From: Eledone cirrhosa
Lineage: Eukaryota
Assembly (NCBI GenBank): GCA_964016885.1
Contig: OZ024742.1
Location: 194,184,001-194,248,000 of the forward strand
Direction of reading: 5' to 3'
Length of the DNA stretch: 64,000 nt
The translations under genes and the position numbers were made by a program. The notes below the pieces were generated by a model. That model did no database searches, was not told the origin of the DNA, and saw nothing but the letters and a program-made list of their open reading frames with translations. Shown here one piece after another: positions 37,596-52,038 of the stretch (position 1 is its first letter; the number at the start of each line of letters is the position of its first letter).

Positions 37596-38272
37596 GCTGA
37601 ATATCAAGGCAAAAATAAGTCGTCCGCTAGCTTCTCTTATCTTCTATTCAGTTTTAAAGTAAGTATATTTTACGTTTGTCAGAAGGGGGCATAAACGTTA
37701 CACAAACTATCGAATAATGCTTCGTGTCACAATAAGGAAGCCGTCTGGAAGTTAAAAACTATAAGATTCAACAATACTAATGTTTTCACTATATTACCAT
37801 TATAGATTCCATTGCAATACACATGTTATTGGCTATTTGATGGGTAACATCTAACACTCGGATCAAAATGTTAATACGACACAAATGATTGGCGCCTGTG
37901 TAACACGGGACTAATATTTGCTCTTCTTAGGTCAAGGCTACCATATCAGTAGACATTTTTTACAATTATTTAGCATTGCTATATATATATATAATTAGTT
38001 GCAACAGTGATATATACATGTGCTTAAGTTTTGTCGGATTATACACCCTAACTCATTCAGACTGTTATATAATAGGCTGAATGAATTGTGGTGTATATCC
38101 CAACGAAATGTAAATACATGTATTTGTCACTGTTGTAACTAATTATATGCAACTCGTCCTATAGACGGAGTGCTCTAATCCTTCGACTTTTCTACAAAAC
38201 GAATACTGTACACACACACATACACACACACAAACACACACACTCACACACACACAATATATATATATATAA

Positions 38273-38736
38273 TCAATGATATTAAATAAATGGATAAATG
38301 GAAACTATATTTATAAATCGTATTTATTCTATTATTTATATGTCATGGGTACCAAAATTTTGGTACGCTATCATCAGAGAAAATACGAAGTGTGTTTTAT
38401 AGATTTTGACATAACCAGGGAAAATGTACCTTAACGGTTCAATTTTTCCTTGGATAGTCCATTGAAAACTATCCAAGGCGAACTTGAACCGTTAAGGTAT
38501 ATTTTCCTTGGTTATGTCAAAATGTATAAAACACAATTCGTATTTTATCTCATGATAGCAACTAAAATGTTGGTACCCTTGAAATATATATAATAGAATA
38601 CATACGGTTTTATAAATATAGTTTCCATTTATTTAATATCATTGAATATTATACTCCAGAAAACTTGTCAAGTGCTTTGAATCAGTTACAAACATTTATA
38701 TTTGTTGAATTACCAATAAATTGAATATCTCTTCTG

Positions 38737-38740
<4 letters not shown>
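38273..38740. repeat. Diverged fold-back pLTR-like element with a decayed hammerhead in each arm
   Basis: About 38273-38457 pairs with 38468-38645. The left arm keeps CTGATGA-T on the minus strand and the right arm keeps T-GAAA-TATATA-TA. Confidence 0.8.
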
Positions 38741-38797
<57 letters not shown>

Positions 38798-39047
38798 GTA
38801 TATATAAATATATATACTATCGGGAGCTTCCAACAGCAATGGTTGGATTATTTAAGGGTATGTCAATATTTATTTATAAAACTGATCTATATTATATTTT
38901 ATCTGATCAAAGCACACCATAATTTAACTTGGTGTCCTTGAAATATGTATAATGAAATAAATATGGTTTTATAAATATAGTTTCCATTTGTTAATATCGT
39001 ATGCCTCCGTTAATTTACTGTGATATATATATATATATATATATATG

Positions 39048-39189
<142 letters not shown>

Positions 39190-39597
39190 ATATATGAAAG
39201 ACGTAAAATAAGCAAATTATAAAAATTAACTTAGTGATTTCTTCAATGTCTTGGAACTTAGTCCACGCTTTGCTTTTTTCCATCCACTGAATTATTTTTG
39301 TATAAGTTCCCTGTGTCCACGCATTGCCTGGAAACTTAGCTGAGAATAGACTTCCCAGATGACGAACGGATTTCTCCGTGCGTTTCTTCGGAAACCATGT
39401 TTATTCCCTTTCAGAAACTAATTAGCTGGAGTGAAATTTTAGTAAGTAAGTTAATTTTTATAATTTTCTTATTTTACGTCTTTCATATTATTGTTATGCA
39501 TCCCCTTGCATTGATCCACAAAGTTACTAAGACAAAACCTATACATTTGCTAGCAGAGGTATGCATCTGTATATATATGTTAGTAGATATACTAATT

Positions 39598-39757
<160 letters not shown>

Positions 39758-40059
39758 CTGTATATGGTTGACTGGGTAAGCGTTTGGTTATTCGCTTCTG
39801 TGAATCTATGTTTTGTCACAATAGACTCATACGAACATAATGACTCAAGAAAGAGTCTCAGGTATATCAGACTAGAAATTGTAGTGTGATATGATAGAAA
39901 CATTCATCGTTATATCCTTTTCAAGACTATGGGAGTAAATGTTGACTAATTACAAAAACATTGTCATCCGAAGGTGACAAGGCTGGTCCTTCGAAATAAA
40001 GGCACAACTCATTTTTGCCAGCTGATTTTCAGCCGAATACCCTAACCACAAAGCCAGGC

Positions 40060-41290
40060 TTCTTCACTATTTATAACTCATTTAATAGACCGAACATTTC
40101 GAAAAATATATGTTGTTCTTAAAAGCACTGGTTTGGTATCTAGTGGACAGGCTACATCATTTACAAGATCTTTATTTGCCATTTTCTCAATCACTGCAAT
40201 ATCGTGACTTCTGTGTTTGATCTCTCTATCCGTGTGAATGCTCATATTCCACAATATCCTAACACTTTAGTTCTCTGCTTCAGATTGTGGTTTGTGCTGG
40301 TACCATTTTTGAAAACCATCGATGTAATACTTCTTGCACAACATCCAATTCAGATTACCTCACACCTTGTTATGCTTTCTTGTGTATGCTTTTTTCTATT
40401 TATATTTCGTAGACACTGAAAATATGCATCACATTCTCTGCATAAATCCCACACAATCTACATTTATTTGACAGACACATTTTGCAAATAACTCTCTTTA
40501 CTGAGCTAGTATTTAGAGCTTACTCTTGAGCTGTTAATAGTAAGCTTTCTGCTTACCTTTTCTAGTCTCTTTTACTTAGCCAGTTCTATTACTCAAACGA
40601 TATTTTCATTTTCTGTGTCTCTTTCAAACTGGCCATGCAGCATCTTTCTTCCTGAAGTCTTTTTTTTTCATTTTCCTACTCTTGAATGTACTTCTCCTCT
40701 TTTTCAATACTATATTTTGATAGCCCTTCTTGTGCTACGATTTACAACAATATTTCACCACGATTTACCATGCCTCTAATCTACAAACAAAATATCCGCA
40801 ACAAAATAAGGCAACACCTCCATCTTTTTTTTTTTTTGTCAATATACAATCTTAAAACGTCCGACTTTGGGAGAAAAGCAACACATTTCCCCAATAGTTT
40901 TCTTGCCTGCGTATCCAACTCTTGGTTGTCTTCTCCCATTCACTGAAAGTAGATCTATAACTGATAGCTGACACTGCCCATGCGTTCATCGCCAAGAATA
41001 CATTCCTCGCTTTCAAGTTACTTTTCCTCAGAAAACTTTTCAGACACACTGCTTTTATTTCGCTTTTCATTTCCTTGCACAACATGCTGTCAAGTTCAAG
41101 ATATTTATAATGTCTGTATCTCCTGGTGGCAATTTAACAATATTGAATAAAACCTTCTTAACCATTTTAAGTGGCACTGTTCCACATTTGGTTATACCAA
41201 ATCTAATTGTTATGTTCTCTCTACATTGCCAAATAGCCTGCACCCAAGAAGCAACTTGCTTCCTGATATCCTCTTGTCCCTTTACATCAA
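40060..41290 (-). mobile_element. Old R4/Dong-like relic
   Basis: IRFGITKCG, KSNLKARNVFLAMNAWAVSAISY, PKSDVLRLYI, KWYQHKP, LWNMSIHTDREIKHR..DIAVI..DVACP. Confidence 0.78.
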
Positions 41291-41664
41291 CCATAAAAAA
41301 GATGCTGAATCAACGGGCCATTTTACTCAAGCCCATAACCCATGCCCTTTTTCTCAATTGTATCAACGATTTACAGCAATCACTGAAATATACCCCTTTT
41401 GATCTTGACTGTACCCTATACCTCAACAGCATACAGAATTATTTTTCACTTACTAATACTTGATGATATGAGTTCAATGATATTTTCAACAAATTACACA
41501 ATTTTCATTGATTGTATAATCTACGAATGTGAAATCATAGTAACGATATTTTTGCAGTTAATCTAGGCCATACTCAAATTCGTTCTCCTCATTCTTTATA
41601 TGTTCAGGATATCTTTATCTATTGCAATTTGGCACTATTTGTTTAATAATATTATTATTTCGAT

Positions 41665-42617
41665 TGAGGGCGGTAAATTGGCAGTATTGGTAGAGGGTCA
41701 GACATGCTTTCCAGCGGAGTTACGTCCCTTTCCGGTCTGAGTTCAAATCCCGCTGAGGCTACCTTTGCCTTTCATCCTTACCGGGTCGATAAAATAAGGT
41801 ACCAGTAATACACCGGGATAATTGCTGGCCTTGTGCCAAAAGTAGAAACAATTATTATTTCGATTGACTGAATCGGTAGAGGCCGGAGAGTATGCTTCGT
41901 GGCATAGAGTTTCGGCCTTTACCTTCTGAGTTAAAATTCCGCCGAGGTTTCATCCTTATGGTGTCGATAAAATAAAGCACCCGTAATGCACTGGCGTCGA
42001 TTTAATCGACTACCCGCTCCCGGTAAAATGGTTGTCCTTGTGCCTAAATAAGAAACCATTATTATAAATATTAGATATTTAGTTTTAGAGTTTATGTTCT
42101 TTTGGTTTGAAAGCCTGCCGAGTTTGAAACTGTATTCAACGTTTCAATGCTAGTATACTTGCATTGACAGTGTCATCTCCATCAACTACAGACACCATTA
42201 TTGTAATTATTATTGAGAGGTGGATTGGCAAGATAAGTAGACCGTCATCAACATGATTTACGGCATAGAGTTACGTCCCTTCACGTTCTGATTTCAAAAC
42301 CGCCTGTATTAGCTGTGCCTTTCATTATTGCGGTGTCGATGTAATAATGTACCAGTAATGCACCGGGGTCAATTTTATGAAACGCCCCCCCTCCCCCCCG
42401 CAAAAAAAGGAACCATTGTTATTGGCATAGGGTGCTGGATTGGCAGTGTCGGATGAGCGTCAGACACCATGTTTGTAGCATAGAGTTATGGCTCTTTGCG
42501 CTCTGAGTTCTAATCCCGCCGACGTTAATTCTGCCTTTCATCCTTACGAGGTCGATAAAATGAAGCACCAGGACAATTGCTGGCCTTGTGCCTAAAGTAG
42601 AAACAGTTATTGTTATT
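41665..42617 (+). mobile_element. Cluster of four tRNA-derived SINE copies (~41665-41860, 41865-42065, 42214-42423, 42428-42617)
   Basis: A-box-like TGGCAG..TGGTAG, B box GAGTTCAAATCCC, and 3' end CCTTGTGCC.AAA..AGAAAC.ATTATT. Confidence 0.88.
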
Positions 42618-43413
42618 TGTCTGTATACAATGGATTCACTAAACTTATATATCTTGTTAATTCTGTTACCATATTTTTAATGAAATACACTGCCAAAATC
42701 TTTCAAATCAATTGGAAAAAAAGATCAAGAATTTGAAGGGAATTGTAATATAACTAGCTTTCTTCCTGTTTATCTAGTTTTCAGAACATAATTTAGTGAA
42801 TGTTCTTACATAAATATTTAATGAAAAATCTTTAGATAAATATGAACAACTTAGCCGTTTGGTTACGTTATTTATAATAAAATACATTGTCTATACTTTT
42901 AAAATCATTTTTAAAATAATCAAACATCTGGAGTGATTTATTATTATAGCTGACATTCCTGTTATTAGTTTATATTTGGATCATATTTTAACAAAGATTC
43001 TTATATAGAATGATGATCGCCGTTTTATAGATAAATAAATTAGAGTAAAAAATTTGCATCATATAACCTGTGGCAGTTTTATGCGGTTTGGTATCAAAAG
43101 AGTTAATTCAATGATCATGCAAAGCTTATATGGTTTAATATGAATAGGAATAGAAAGGAGAGGAACGGATAATGTTCAGGTAGTGCAATATTAATCATAT
43201 TCAATATTTCTAGATCACCGCTCACGAGATTATATATCAGAATTTTAGCAGTTAAAAAGATTGTTTTGTGCTTATCGTAAATTCTCTCTTTCAATCATAT
43301 ATGTTTGAGTGTCTCGACATAATACAGTGTTTATGCACCAAAGAACTGCGGAAATAGGCATGGTGCCTTGATATAAATTTTCATTGTATCATTAGCTTCA
43401 TGAATTATACATC

Positions 43414-43449
<36 letters not shown>

Positions 43450-43805
43450 ATGTATGTGTGTGTATGCATATGTATAAAGTGTGTGTGTGTGAGTATGTGT
43501 GTATGCACATGTATATATGTGTACATGAGTGTATATATATATGTGTGTGTGTGGTGTGCATATATGTGTATATATGTATGTGTATATATATATATATAAA
43601 TATATATTTTATAAGAAAATGAGTTTTTTTACAAAATGAAAAAAGCGAGGTGTCCTACACGAGTGAAAGTTTAAGGAAAAAAGATAATATTGAAAATGCA
43701 ACTGGAGTCTTTTTTTTTAAATATATTTATTTGGTTCCTCTACCGGTTTCGCAGTTCTAGTGCTTTTCAAAAGTAGAATTGAGATGGAGGGTTTGGGGGT
43801 TTTCT

Positions 43806-43847
<42 letters not shown>

Positions 43848-43863
43848 CTATATATATGTATGC

Positions 43864-43910
<47 letters not shown>

Positions 43911-43956
43911 TATATATATATACATATATATATATATGTGTGCGTATATATATATA

Positions 43957-44005
<49 letters not shown>

Positions 44006-44103
44006 AATGTGGACGTGCTTGTGCGGCGTATATGTGAGCATGCGTGTGCTTATACTTATTTACTTTTCCCGTTTGTATAATTAGGCTTAGTAAATCTACA
44101 CAT

Positions 44104-44136
<33 letters not shown>

Positions 44137-44965
44137 CATATATGCACACTAACAAATACATACATTAAATACATGATATAGAATAAAGAGTAACACAATA
44201 TGGATGATGGTGCTAACTCAAAAGAAAATATTGCTGATGACGAAATAAATATATATCTGATGTATGTAGAATTCAGGTTCTTGGCATTGTTTTCTCATTT
44301 TCTCTTCTATTATTCCCTGTTGTTATGAACATGCGATATATGGTCATATGTGACGGACTAACGGAAACGTCAAGTGAATCTTGATGAATTCGTTTTAGTT
44401 TAATGGACTGGCATAAGCTAAATCATTCGATCACTTCCATGCTTACAATGAAGCTGTCACAGGAAAAGGAGCTTTTAATCAGATGATTTTTATATAACAT
44501 TGACTTCCTTCGATGCATCAAACACACCTAATTCTCACATCTAAAACACAAATGTGTTGTGTCATATGTATTTTATGTATGTAGGGTTATGTATATGTAT
44601 GTATTTATGCATATAAGTAAATATGTACGTTCGTATGTATGTATGCATGTATCCGTATATGCAGGTACGCACATATGTATGTATGAGTGTATCCTTGTAT
44701 GTATGTTTGTATGTATGTACGTATGTATGTATGTATGCATGTATGTATCTATTCACGCTCGCTTGTATGGAAGTACGCAAGTATATATATTTGTATGTAT
44801 ACATGTATGTTTTGTCGATCTTTCTTCATTATCTATTTCCCTGTTATCGACAACATTTACGGCAACAACGTTTGCAAGAAAAGACCAAAATTGCAAGATT
44901 TTCATCTCACACAATATCAAGGTTGGCTACTTCTATTTATATAGCTTCGATTCATACATGAAAGC

Positions 44966-45059
<94 letters not shown>

Positions 45060-45067
45060 TATATATA

Positions 45068-46230
45068 TCCCTATCCCTAGTGGACTTCCAACTCAGGGTA
45101 ACAGAGGAAGGCGACATCCACACCTGCTTCTATAAAAAAGCCGCCAACAGGGACCTGTTCGTACATTTAAGATCGGCCCTCCCAGTCAGTGTTAAGTTCG
45201 GATACATAAGGAATGAACTTACACGTATCCGGAACAAATGCACCGACGCAAGAGACCGAGACTCACACACTACACATTTCCTGGAAGTACTGAACAGATA
45301 AACTGAACGGATACCCGATGTCCACCGCGAACCGTGCCAGAGACAAAAGAGGACACACATCAGAGGCATTAACACCTGCTTCCTGAAGCTCCCACAGCCC
45401 TAGGAGCAACACCCCACCAGGGTGCTCTAGCCGTAAGCCTGAAGCTTGCCCCCTTCAACAGCAATGCAACACACCAGCTGTAATTTATGAAGCTGTAGTC
45501 ACTTCGAATCGACCAAACGAACTACAGGAGGTCAAATCCTATGTGGACATGGCGGAGGGCCGATTTAAGGAACGTTTCCTGAACCACCAGTCTACCTTCA
45601 GGTACCCGGACAGACGTTCATCCACGAAACTCGCGAGCCACGTATGGGCCCTCAAGGACTCAAGTATAGACTACTCCATTCAATGGAAAGGCATGATTAA
45701 GTCCAAGCTATTTGCAAGGAGAAATCCGACGTGTGGCTTATGTATTGACGAACGAATAACTATTCTAAAGAGATTACGCAATAGTGATTGCCTAAACACG
45801 AGAAGTGAATTTTTCACACGTTGTCCATACGTCGCAAAACACCTATTGCATAACTACAAGGCTCCGGACTGATTCTTTGTAATTTTATTTCCATCCTAAA
45901 AACTTTTCGGACTCTCGCAGTTATCTCCCTTACACCTCTCGCACGCAGTCTAGTATTGCCTGTGCGAAGTGACCGGGTTTTTGCGCATGTGCGTTCTTAC
46001 GGTTGTTCTTCCTGTTCTTATAACCATGCCCATTTAGAGCTAAGGATCAGCTAAGGTGAAACAATTGTTCTCGGTATGGTGAACTAACAGTTGTGTAACC
46101 ACTTCTACCTAACTCGTCCCATGGACTGAGAGTTCTACCACTATATATGGAAGAGAGGGAGAACAAATATATAATTATGTGATTCCTCTTTCGAATAAAG
46201 TGAAATATCCTGAAAAAAAATTCACCCATC
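45068..46230 (+). mobile_element. 5'-truncated, internally deleted Penelope-like element (thumb, GIY-YIG endonuclease, pLTR)
   Basis: [27 protein letters not shown]; CPLQQQC..VIYEA..FKERFLNHQSTF..STKLASHVWALK..CGLC..LNTRSE; stop at 45872. Confidence 0.85.
46037..46072 (+). ncRNA. Decayed minimal hammerhead ribozyme
   Basis: gag-CTAAGGA-T..T-GAAAC-AATT-GTT-ctc with outer stem accatgcc/ggtatggt; one core mismatch and a damaged helix II. Confidence 0.55.
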
Positions 46231-46714
46231 TCAGCTTATCTTTGATTTAGATGTAATAAATGTTTATATATCATAATATACAACATTCAACAATATTTGA
46301 TGAAATAGCGATACGTTTTGATATTACCATGCAACATTACAGGAAAAATGAATAAACATTTTCTACAGTTGTATATTTTAAATATAGAAATAGAGAGTAG
46401 TGAATAGATCATTATCGATATATAAAACCCTGCTACCGGGAGTAAAAATATCATTGAGAAATTGTAAAAATACAAAGGAAAAATTTTGTTTCATATATGA
46501 GAAAAGATAATATATTGGAATTACGAGAATGTTTTGTGATTCACGTCAGAATAAAGACAGAGGTTTTTGGAAGTATGTATTGCCAATTTGTGACCATTAA
46601 TATGTTGATATTTATTGTACACGATCTCGAGAAGAAAAAGTAACAGAACAAGATAATTTCTGTGTGTATTTACATGTATATAAGTATGGGTGTTTCTTAT
46701 TATGTATTATGCGT

Positions 46715-46797
<83 letters not shown>

Positions 46798-47832
46798 TAT
46801 ATATATTATATATAGATAGATAGATAGAGAGATAGAGGAGAGAGCGAGAGCGAGAGAGAGAGACATATGTAGATATATGTATATATAGTTTATATAATAT
46901 TTATATACACACAAATATATTTCACTCAGAAAATCTTGAGATGATTTCGAAACGTAAAATGTGGTTGACGGAAAGTAAATGACTACAACATTACCATTGC
47001 ATATAGTTTTTGAGAAATTCAAGTAAGGTACACTCGGAGACTGAAAAACGAACGCTTACTACCTTACTCGTTACAGTCACTTGACTGCAGACATGCTGAG
47101 TTACCAGTTTGATTTCGTCTCAATCGTGTCGACACCATTACAATGAGAATGGTACTTATTTAATCGATTTCACATTTGGTTGAGTCAAAGGTTAGGGGAC
47201 ATAAACATAGATACACCTACACACACACTACACATTGGAACACACTCACTGGGCTTCTGCTTTTTCCGTTTTAAAAATTCCATTAAATGATTGGTTAGCA
47301 TGAAGATGTAGGTGAGGACACTTTCTCATTGAATCGTTGAACTCGGATATACATGGATGTAGATCGAATTCATTAATATCCATACCTACATCCATGGATG
47401 TAGAAATAACGTTAAAACAACGTAAATAAATATAGAACATCAACGCTGGTTCTTATAGTTGAACCTAAAATTGAACCAAAAGAAATAAACATTGACAGTT
47501 CCAGAAAACATGGAAGTGTTCTGTTGAAGATGATAATCGATTGACCTACATCAACTAGAGAACGCCATTTCAATTATGTAATGACGAAGTGAAGAGGCCA
47601 CACATCGCGAGCAGATTACGAGGAAATATCGGAGCAAAAACTAGAGAGAAAATCATAAACAAAATCACACACACACACACAAACACATACACACGTTCTC
47701 TCTTTCACACACACTCATATATATATATATGCGTATACGTACAAATAGTGAGAGAGATTGAATAGATAAATTGTGATTAGTGTTTGTGATAATGTGTGTG
47801 TGAAGACATTCTGAGCTACTCTCCAGTGAGCT

Positions 47833-47941
47833 GTAATAATTGTTTCTACTTTTGGCACAAGGCCAACAAATACCCAGTGCATTACTGGTACTTTATTTTA
47901 TCGACACCGTAAGGATGAAAGGCAAAGTCGACCTCGGCGAG
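47833..47941 (-). mobile_element. 5'-truncated SINE of the dominant family
   Basis: Matches the 3' half of the copies at 41665 and 50541. Confidence 0.85.
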
Positions 47942-48211
47942 AATAATACTATTAAGAATGAAGTGTCACTTAGGTTTCGTAAAATATATATCGCAATGAA
48001 TCTGACTCTGACATAAATCTCTGTTAACTCGTTGAATCAATTAACTTGACACGATGCTCTATGGATTTGCTGTTAGTAATAATAAGCGCCGTTGTACTAT
48101 AGTACAATATTTTTTACAAATCAAAGGTTATAAGGAAAATCTAAAAAGGAAAATTATACAGAAGTGTATTTAAAGATTTTTTTTCGATAATCCAAATGAT
48201 TAACCAACGTT

Positions 48212-48473
48212 TAATCAGCTCTTGAATAATAATGAAATTCTATAAGAATCCAGCTTCTATAACCCTCGGCAAAAGCAAAGGTGTGAGTGGTGTTGATAAA
48301 CATTAACGAGCAAGAAATAGACTGTCGATGACTCCTCTTTGCTTTTACCGAGAATAAAAAAGTGACATAGTCACTACTTTAAAACTCATAGCGATTGGTT
48401 TTCTAAATATTTTTAATTAAATATACGGAATATTGACAAATATACATCGCTATTTCAGAGCACCAATACTAAT
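48212..48473 (+). mobile_element. Diverged solo copy of the 51234-52042 hammerhead unit
   Basis: Shares AATTCTATAAGAATCCAGCTTCTATA, CATAGTCACTACTTTAAAA and ATTTCAGAGCACCAAT; its ribozyme core is decayed. Confidence 0.78.
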
Positions 48474-48531
48474 ATAAATATATGTATATATATATCTGTG
48501 TGTGTGTGTGTGCGTGAGTGTGTGTATGAGA

Positions 48532-48564
<33 letters not shown>

Positions 48565-48634
48565 TGTGTGTGTGTCTCTCTGTGCGTGTGTCTGTGTGTG
48601 TGTGTGTGTGTGTGTATTGGTGAGTAAATAATAA

Positions 48635-50540
48635 CACAGGCCAACACATATGTTGGTGCAAGCACTACTTGAGCAGGTATTTTAGTAATTTTGTGGTGTT
48701 GAATCTGAAAATAACATCCATTTGTCTTGGTTAGCTCTCATTTTCCCTGTACTGAATATGTCTATTTTCCCTAAAATCATAGATGTTGCCTTCATGTAAT
48801 TCATTGTAGTGTGACATTAGGTACATGGAAGTCGGTAAAATTTCGTATACTAATGATTTAGAGAGAGCCTCGCAATCATGTAGATGACTGTTATTTTTGT
48901 GATGTTAATTTGGGAGGTCTGAATAGAAAGAAACGCAAATCTTTCAGCTATCCAAATTTGAATTAGGCTATAAGATCTGTGCTGCATTGTGAAGAAATTC
49001 CATTGCACATTTTCACATAATTTTTAGAATAAACAACTGATAAACCCAATTTTTATGATTTCGTTAAAACAGATAACAACACAGAAAAAGATGATGAGAA
49101 TTATGCAAGTCCGTCAAATGTTTTACACAAGAACAACTTAATTACTTTGTCAGAGATTGAAACCTATCAATGGAATTATCTGAGTTAGTAGCTTCTCGGC
49201 TAACAGATAAAATCTCCTCCTACCAGGGAAAAAACTAAAGTTTTATCATACATGAGATGCAGAATTTGTTCTATTTTGTGACAAAAGGAATGATTTGCCA
49301 ATATATTGAAGACGTTCTTTCTAAGTTAGGAATTGAAGATAATAATAAATAAGAACTTGAGGTTATTTATTGATAGCTCTAAATGAAGTTTGAAGTGCAT
49401 CATGCAGCATATCACTAATGTATACACTTCCATTCCAATTGGACATTCAGTGACACAGAATGAGGGGTATGATGCTATTAAGAATTTTTAAATCTGAATA
49501 ATTATCACGAGCATAACTGGGTGGTATGTGATGACTTCAAAATGGTCAATTCTCTGATAGGGCAGCAGTCAGGCTTTACTAAGTATCCTTGTTTTATCTG
49601 TTATTGGGAGAGGAGAGTCAGAGAGAACCATTGGATCAAAAAAGACTGGCAAACAAGAGAACAATTGACTGGTGGAGATAGGAATGTGATAAATGAATCT
49701 TTGGTATCCAATGAAAAGACGATATTTTCTTCCTTGCTGACTCAATGAAGCTTGTAAAAGCTTTGAACAAGGATGGTGACTGTTTCCAATACAGTATGGA
49801 AACATTGAAAAACGGCATTTTTGATGGTCCCCAAATCAGAAAACTAATGAAAGATGAAAACTTTGTAGGTTTTATGACATTGGACTAGTTAGCAGCATGG
49901 TCTGCATGTGTTGAAGTTGTAAAATAAAATTTGGAAAATCACAGCGCTTACAATTACAAAGAAATAGTGGAGATCACGCTAGAGAAATTCAAGGAGTGAA
50001 GCTGAGAATAAAAATATTTTTTTTGTACGGCCATTTAGATCGTTTCCCTGAAACATTAGAACATGTTAGTGATGTGCAGATAGAAAGATTTCACCAAGAT
50101 ATCAAGGTGATGGAAGATAGGTACCAAGGGAGGTGGGACATGAAAATGATGCAGGCTACTGCTGGTGTTTGAAATGTGATGAGGTACACACACAACATTC
50201 TAGAAAATCACTCAAAAGAAAATTTCTACCCTAAATTTGCCTCTGACATGATTCGTTTTTGTTTTGTAGAGATTCATACACTTTTGTGGGAGACTGTGTT
50301 CATATACATCTATAGTTGTTATTAAATGTTTTCTATGATAAGTCATTTATTTTTTTCTTTTATTGATATACTTTTATATGACACGCTATTTTTCTTAGAA
50401 TAAAAGGTGTAATAATATAAGAAAATTTAAGCTAACTGTTAAAAATGAGTTTGATTTTTGGATTCAGTGGCCTGATAAACTATAAAGTCAGTCAAACCAT
50501 CCCCGGCACCATTTCAATGTTTCTTCTCTGTGGACCTGTG
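48635..50540 (+). mobile_element. Chapaev3-type (CMC) DNA transposon with decayed transposase
   Basis: Ends CACAGG..CCTGTG with TAA on both sides; REPRNHVDDCYFC, GQQSGFTKYPCFICYW, GIFDGPQIRKLM, HLDRFPE..ERFHQDIKVMEDRYQGRW. Confidence 0.85.
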
Positions 50541-50790
50541 TAATAATTGTTTCTACTTTTGGCACAAGGCCAACAATTACGCAGTAAATTACTGGTACTT
50601 TATTTTATCGACCCCGTAAGGATGAAAGGCAAAGTTGACCTCGGCGGGATTTGAACTCAGACGTGTGTAATAATTGTTTCTACTTTTTGGCACAAGGCCA
50701 GCAATTATCCCAGCGCATTACTGGTACTTTATTTTATCGACCCCGTAATGATGGAAGGCAAAGTTAACCTCGGCGGGATTTGAACTCATA
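50541..50790 (-). mobile_element. Two tandem 5'-truncated SINEs
   Basis: About 128-bp period; both copies stop at GATTTGAACTCA. Confidence 0.88.
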
Positions 50791-51150
50791 TCTGTGTAAT
50801 AATATTATATTAATATATTATATTAATATATTATTAATATTATATTCATATATCATATTGATATATTATATTAATATATTATCAATATTCAATTTGCTTA
50901 CAAGGATACAGTCTCATAAAAAACCAGATGGTAGATATACGGCTGCATCCCTTTGTTCCAGCGGTAGGTGAGATAAAATATTCGGCCAAGATTGTGTATT
51001 CTCCTGTCCTACTGTCTGCCACTTCACTGGAACTGCTGAGTATACATAGTATTCTCAAATGTATACATCGGCTGAGTAGCATCTTTTGCTTTCCGATCGA
51101 TTTTACGGCCAGCTTTGTTGAACATTTTATACATATATATATATATATAT

Positions 51151-51237
<87 letters not shown>

Positions 51238-51395
51238 GATTGGTGCTCTGAAATGGCGATGAATACATCAATGTATGCATAGTATATTTGGCAATATACC
51301 GTATGTTTAATTAAAAGCATTTTGAAGAGTTTACGCTATCATTTTTAAAGTAGTGTTTATGTCACTTACTTCTTTTGGATGAAAGAAGGCAGAGA

Positions 51396-51437
51396 AGCTA
51401 ACAGTCTGTTTCATGCTGTTTGGCAATCATCAGAGCT
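51396..51437 (-). ncRNA. Type I hammerhead ribozyme
   Basis: Minus strand: agct-CTGATGA-T-TGC-caaaca-GCA-T-GAAAC-AGACT-GTT-agct. Confidence 0.85.
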
Positions 51438-51870
51438 AGGTACTGTCCTCTTCCGCCGAAAATTATAGGAGCTGGATTCTTATAGAATTCCAGTAATAAT
51501 CAGGAGCTGATTATACAGAGCGATTTCCGGTACAGTAAAAATTAAGTATTAGGATTGTTGATCTGAAAAAGCGATCTATGCATGAAAATATATATAGTGT
51601 ATTTGGCAATATACCGTATGTTTAATTAAAAACATTTTGAAAACCTTGCGCTATCATTTTAATTTCTTCAAAATAATTTTAATTAAACATACGGTATATT
51701 GCCAAATATATTATGCTTACATTCATGTATGCATCGTTATTTCAGAGCACCAATCCTAATACTTAATTTTTGCTGAACCGGCATTCGCTCTGTATAATCA
51801 GCTCCTGATTATTACTCTAATTCTATAAGAATCCAGCTTCTATACTTTTCGGCGGAAGAGAGCAGTACGT

Positions 51871-51912
51871 AGCTCTGATGATTGCCAAGGAGCATGGAAC
51901 AGACTGTTAGCT
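51871..51912 (+). ncRNA. Type I hammerhead ribozyme with one core mutation
   Basis: agct-CTGATGA-T-TGC-caagga-GCA-T-GGAAC-AGACT-GTT-agct; helix I is extended by cggcggaagag / ttcttttgccg. Confidence 0.75.
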
Positions 51913-52038
51913 TCTCTGCCTTCTTTTGCCGAAAAGGAGTAAGTTACATAGTCACTACTTTAAAAAATGATAGCGTAAGGTCTTCAAAATTGTTTTTAAT
52001 TAAACATACGGTATATTGCCAAATATATTATGCATACA

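Noticed and set aside
41665-41760. tRNA genes
   Set aside because: The A/B boxes belong to SINE heads; no cloverleaf can be folded.
50882-51130. Candidate exon or ORF on either strand
   Set aside because: No recognisable homology, no convincing acceptor-donor pair, and the ORFs extend into microsatellite.
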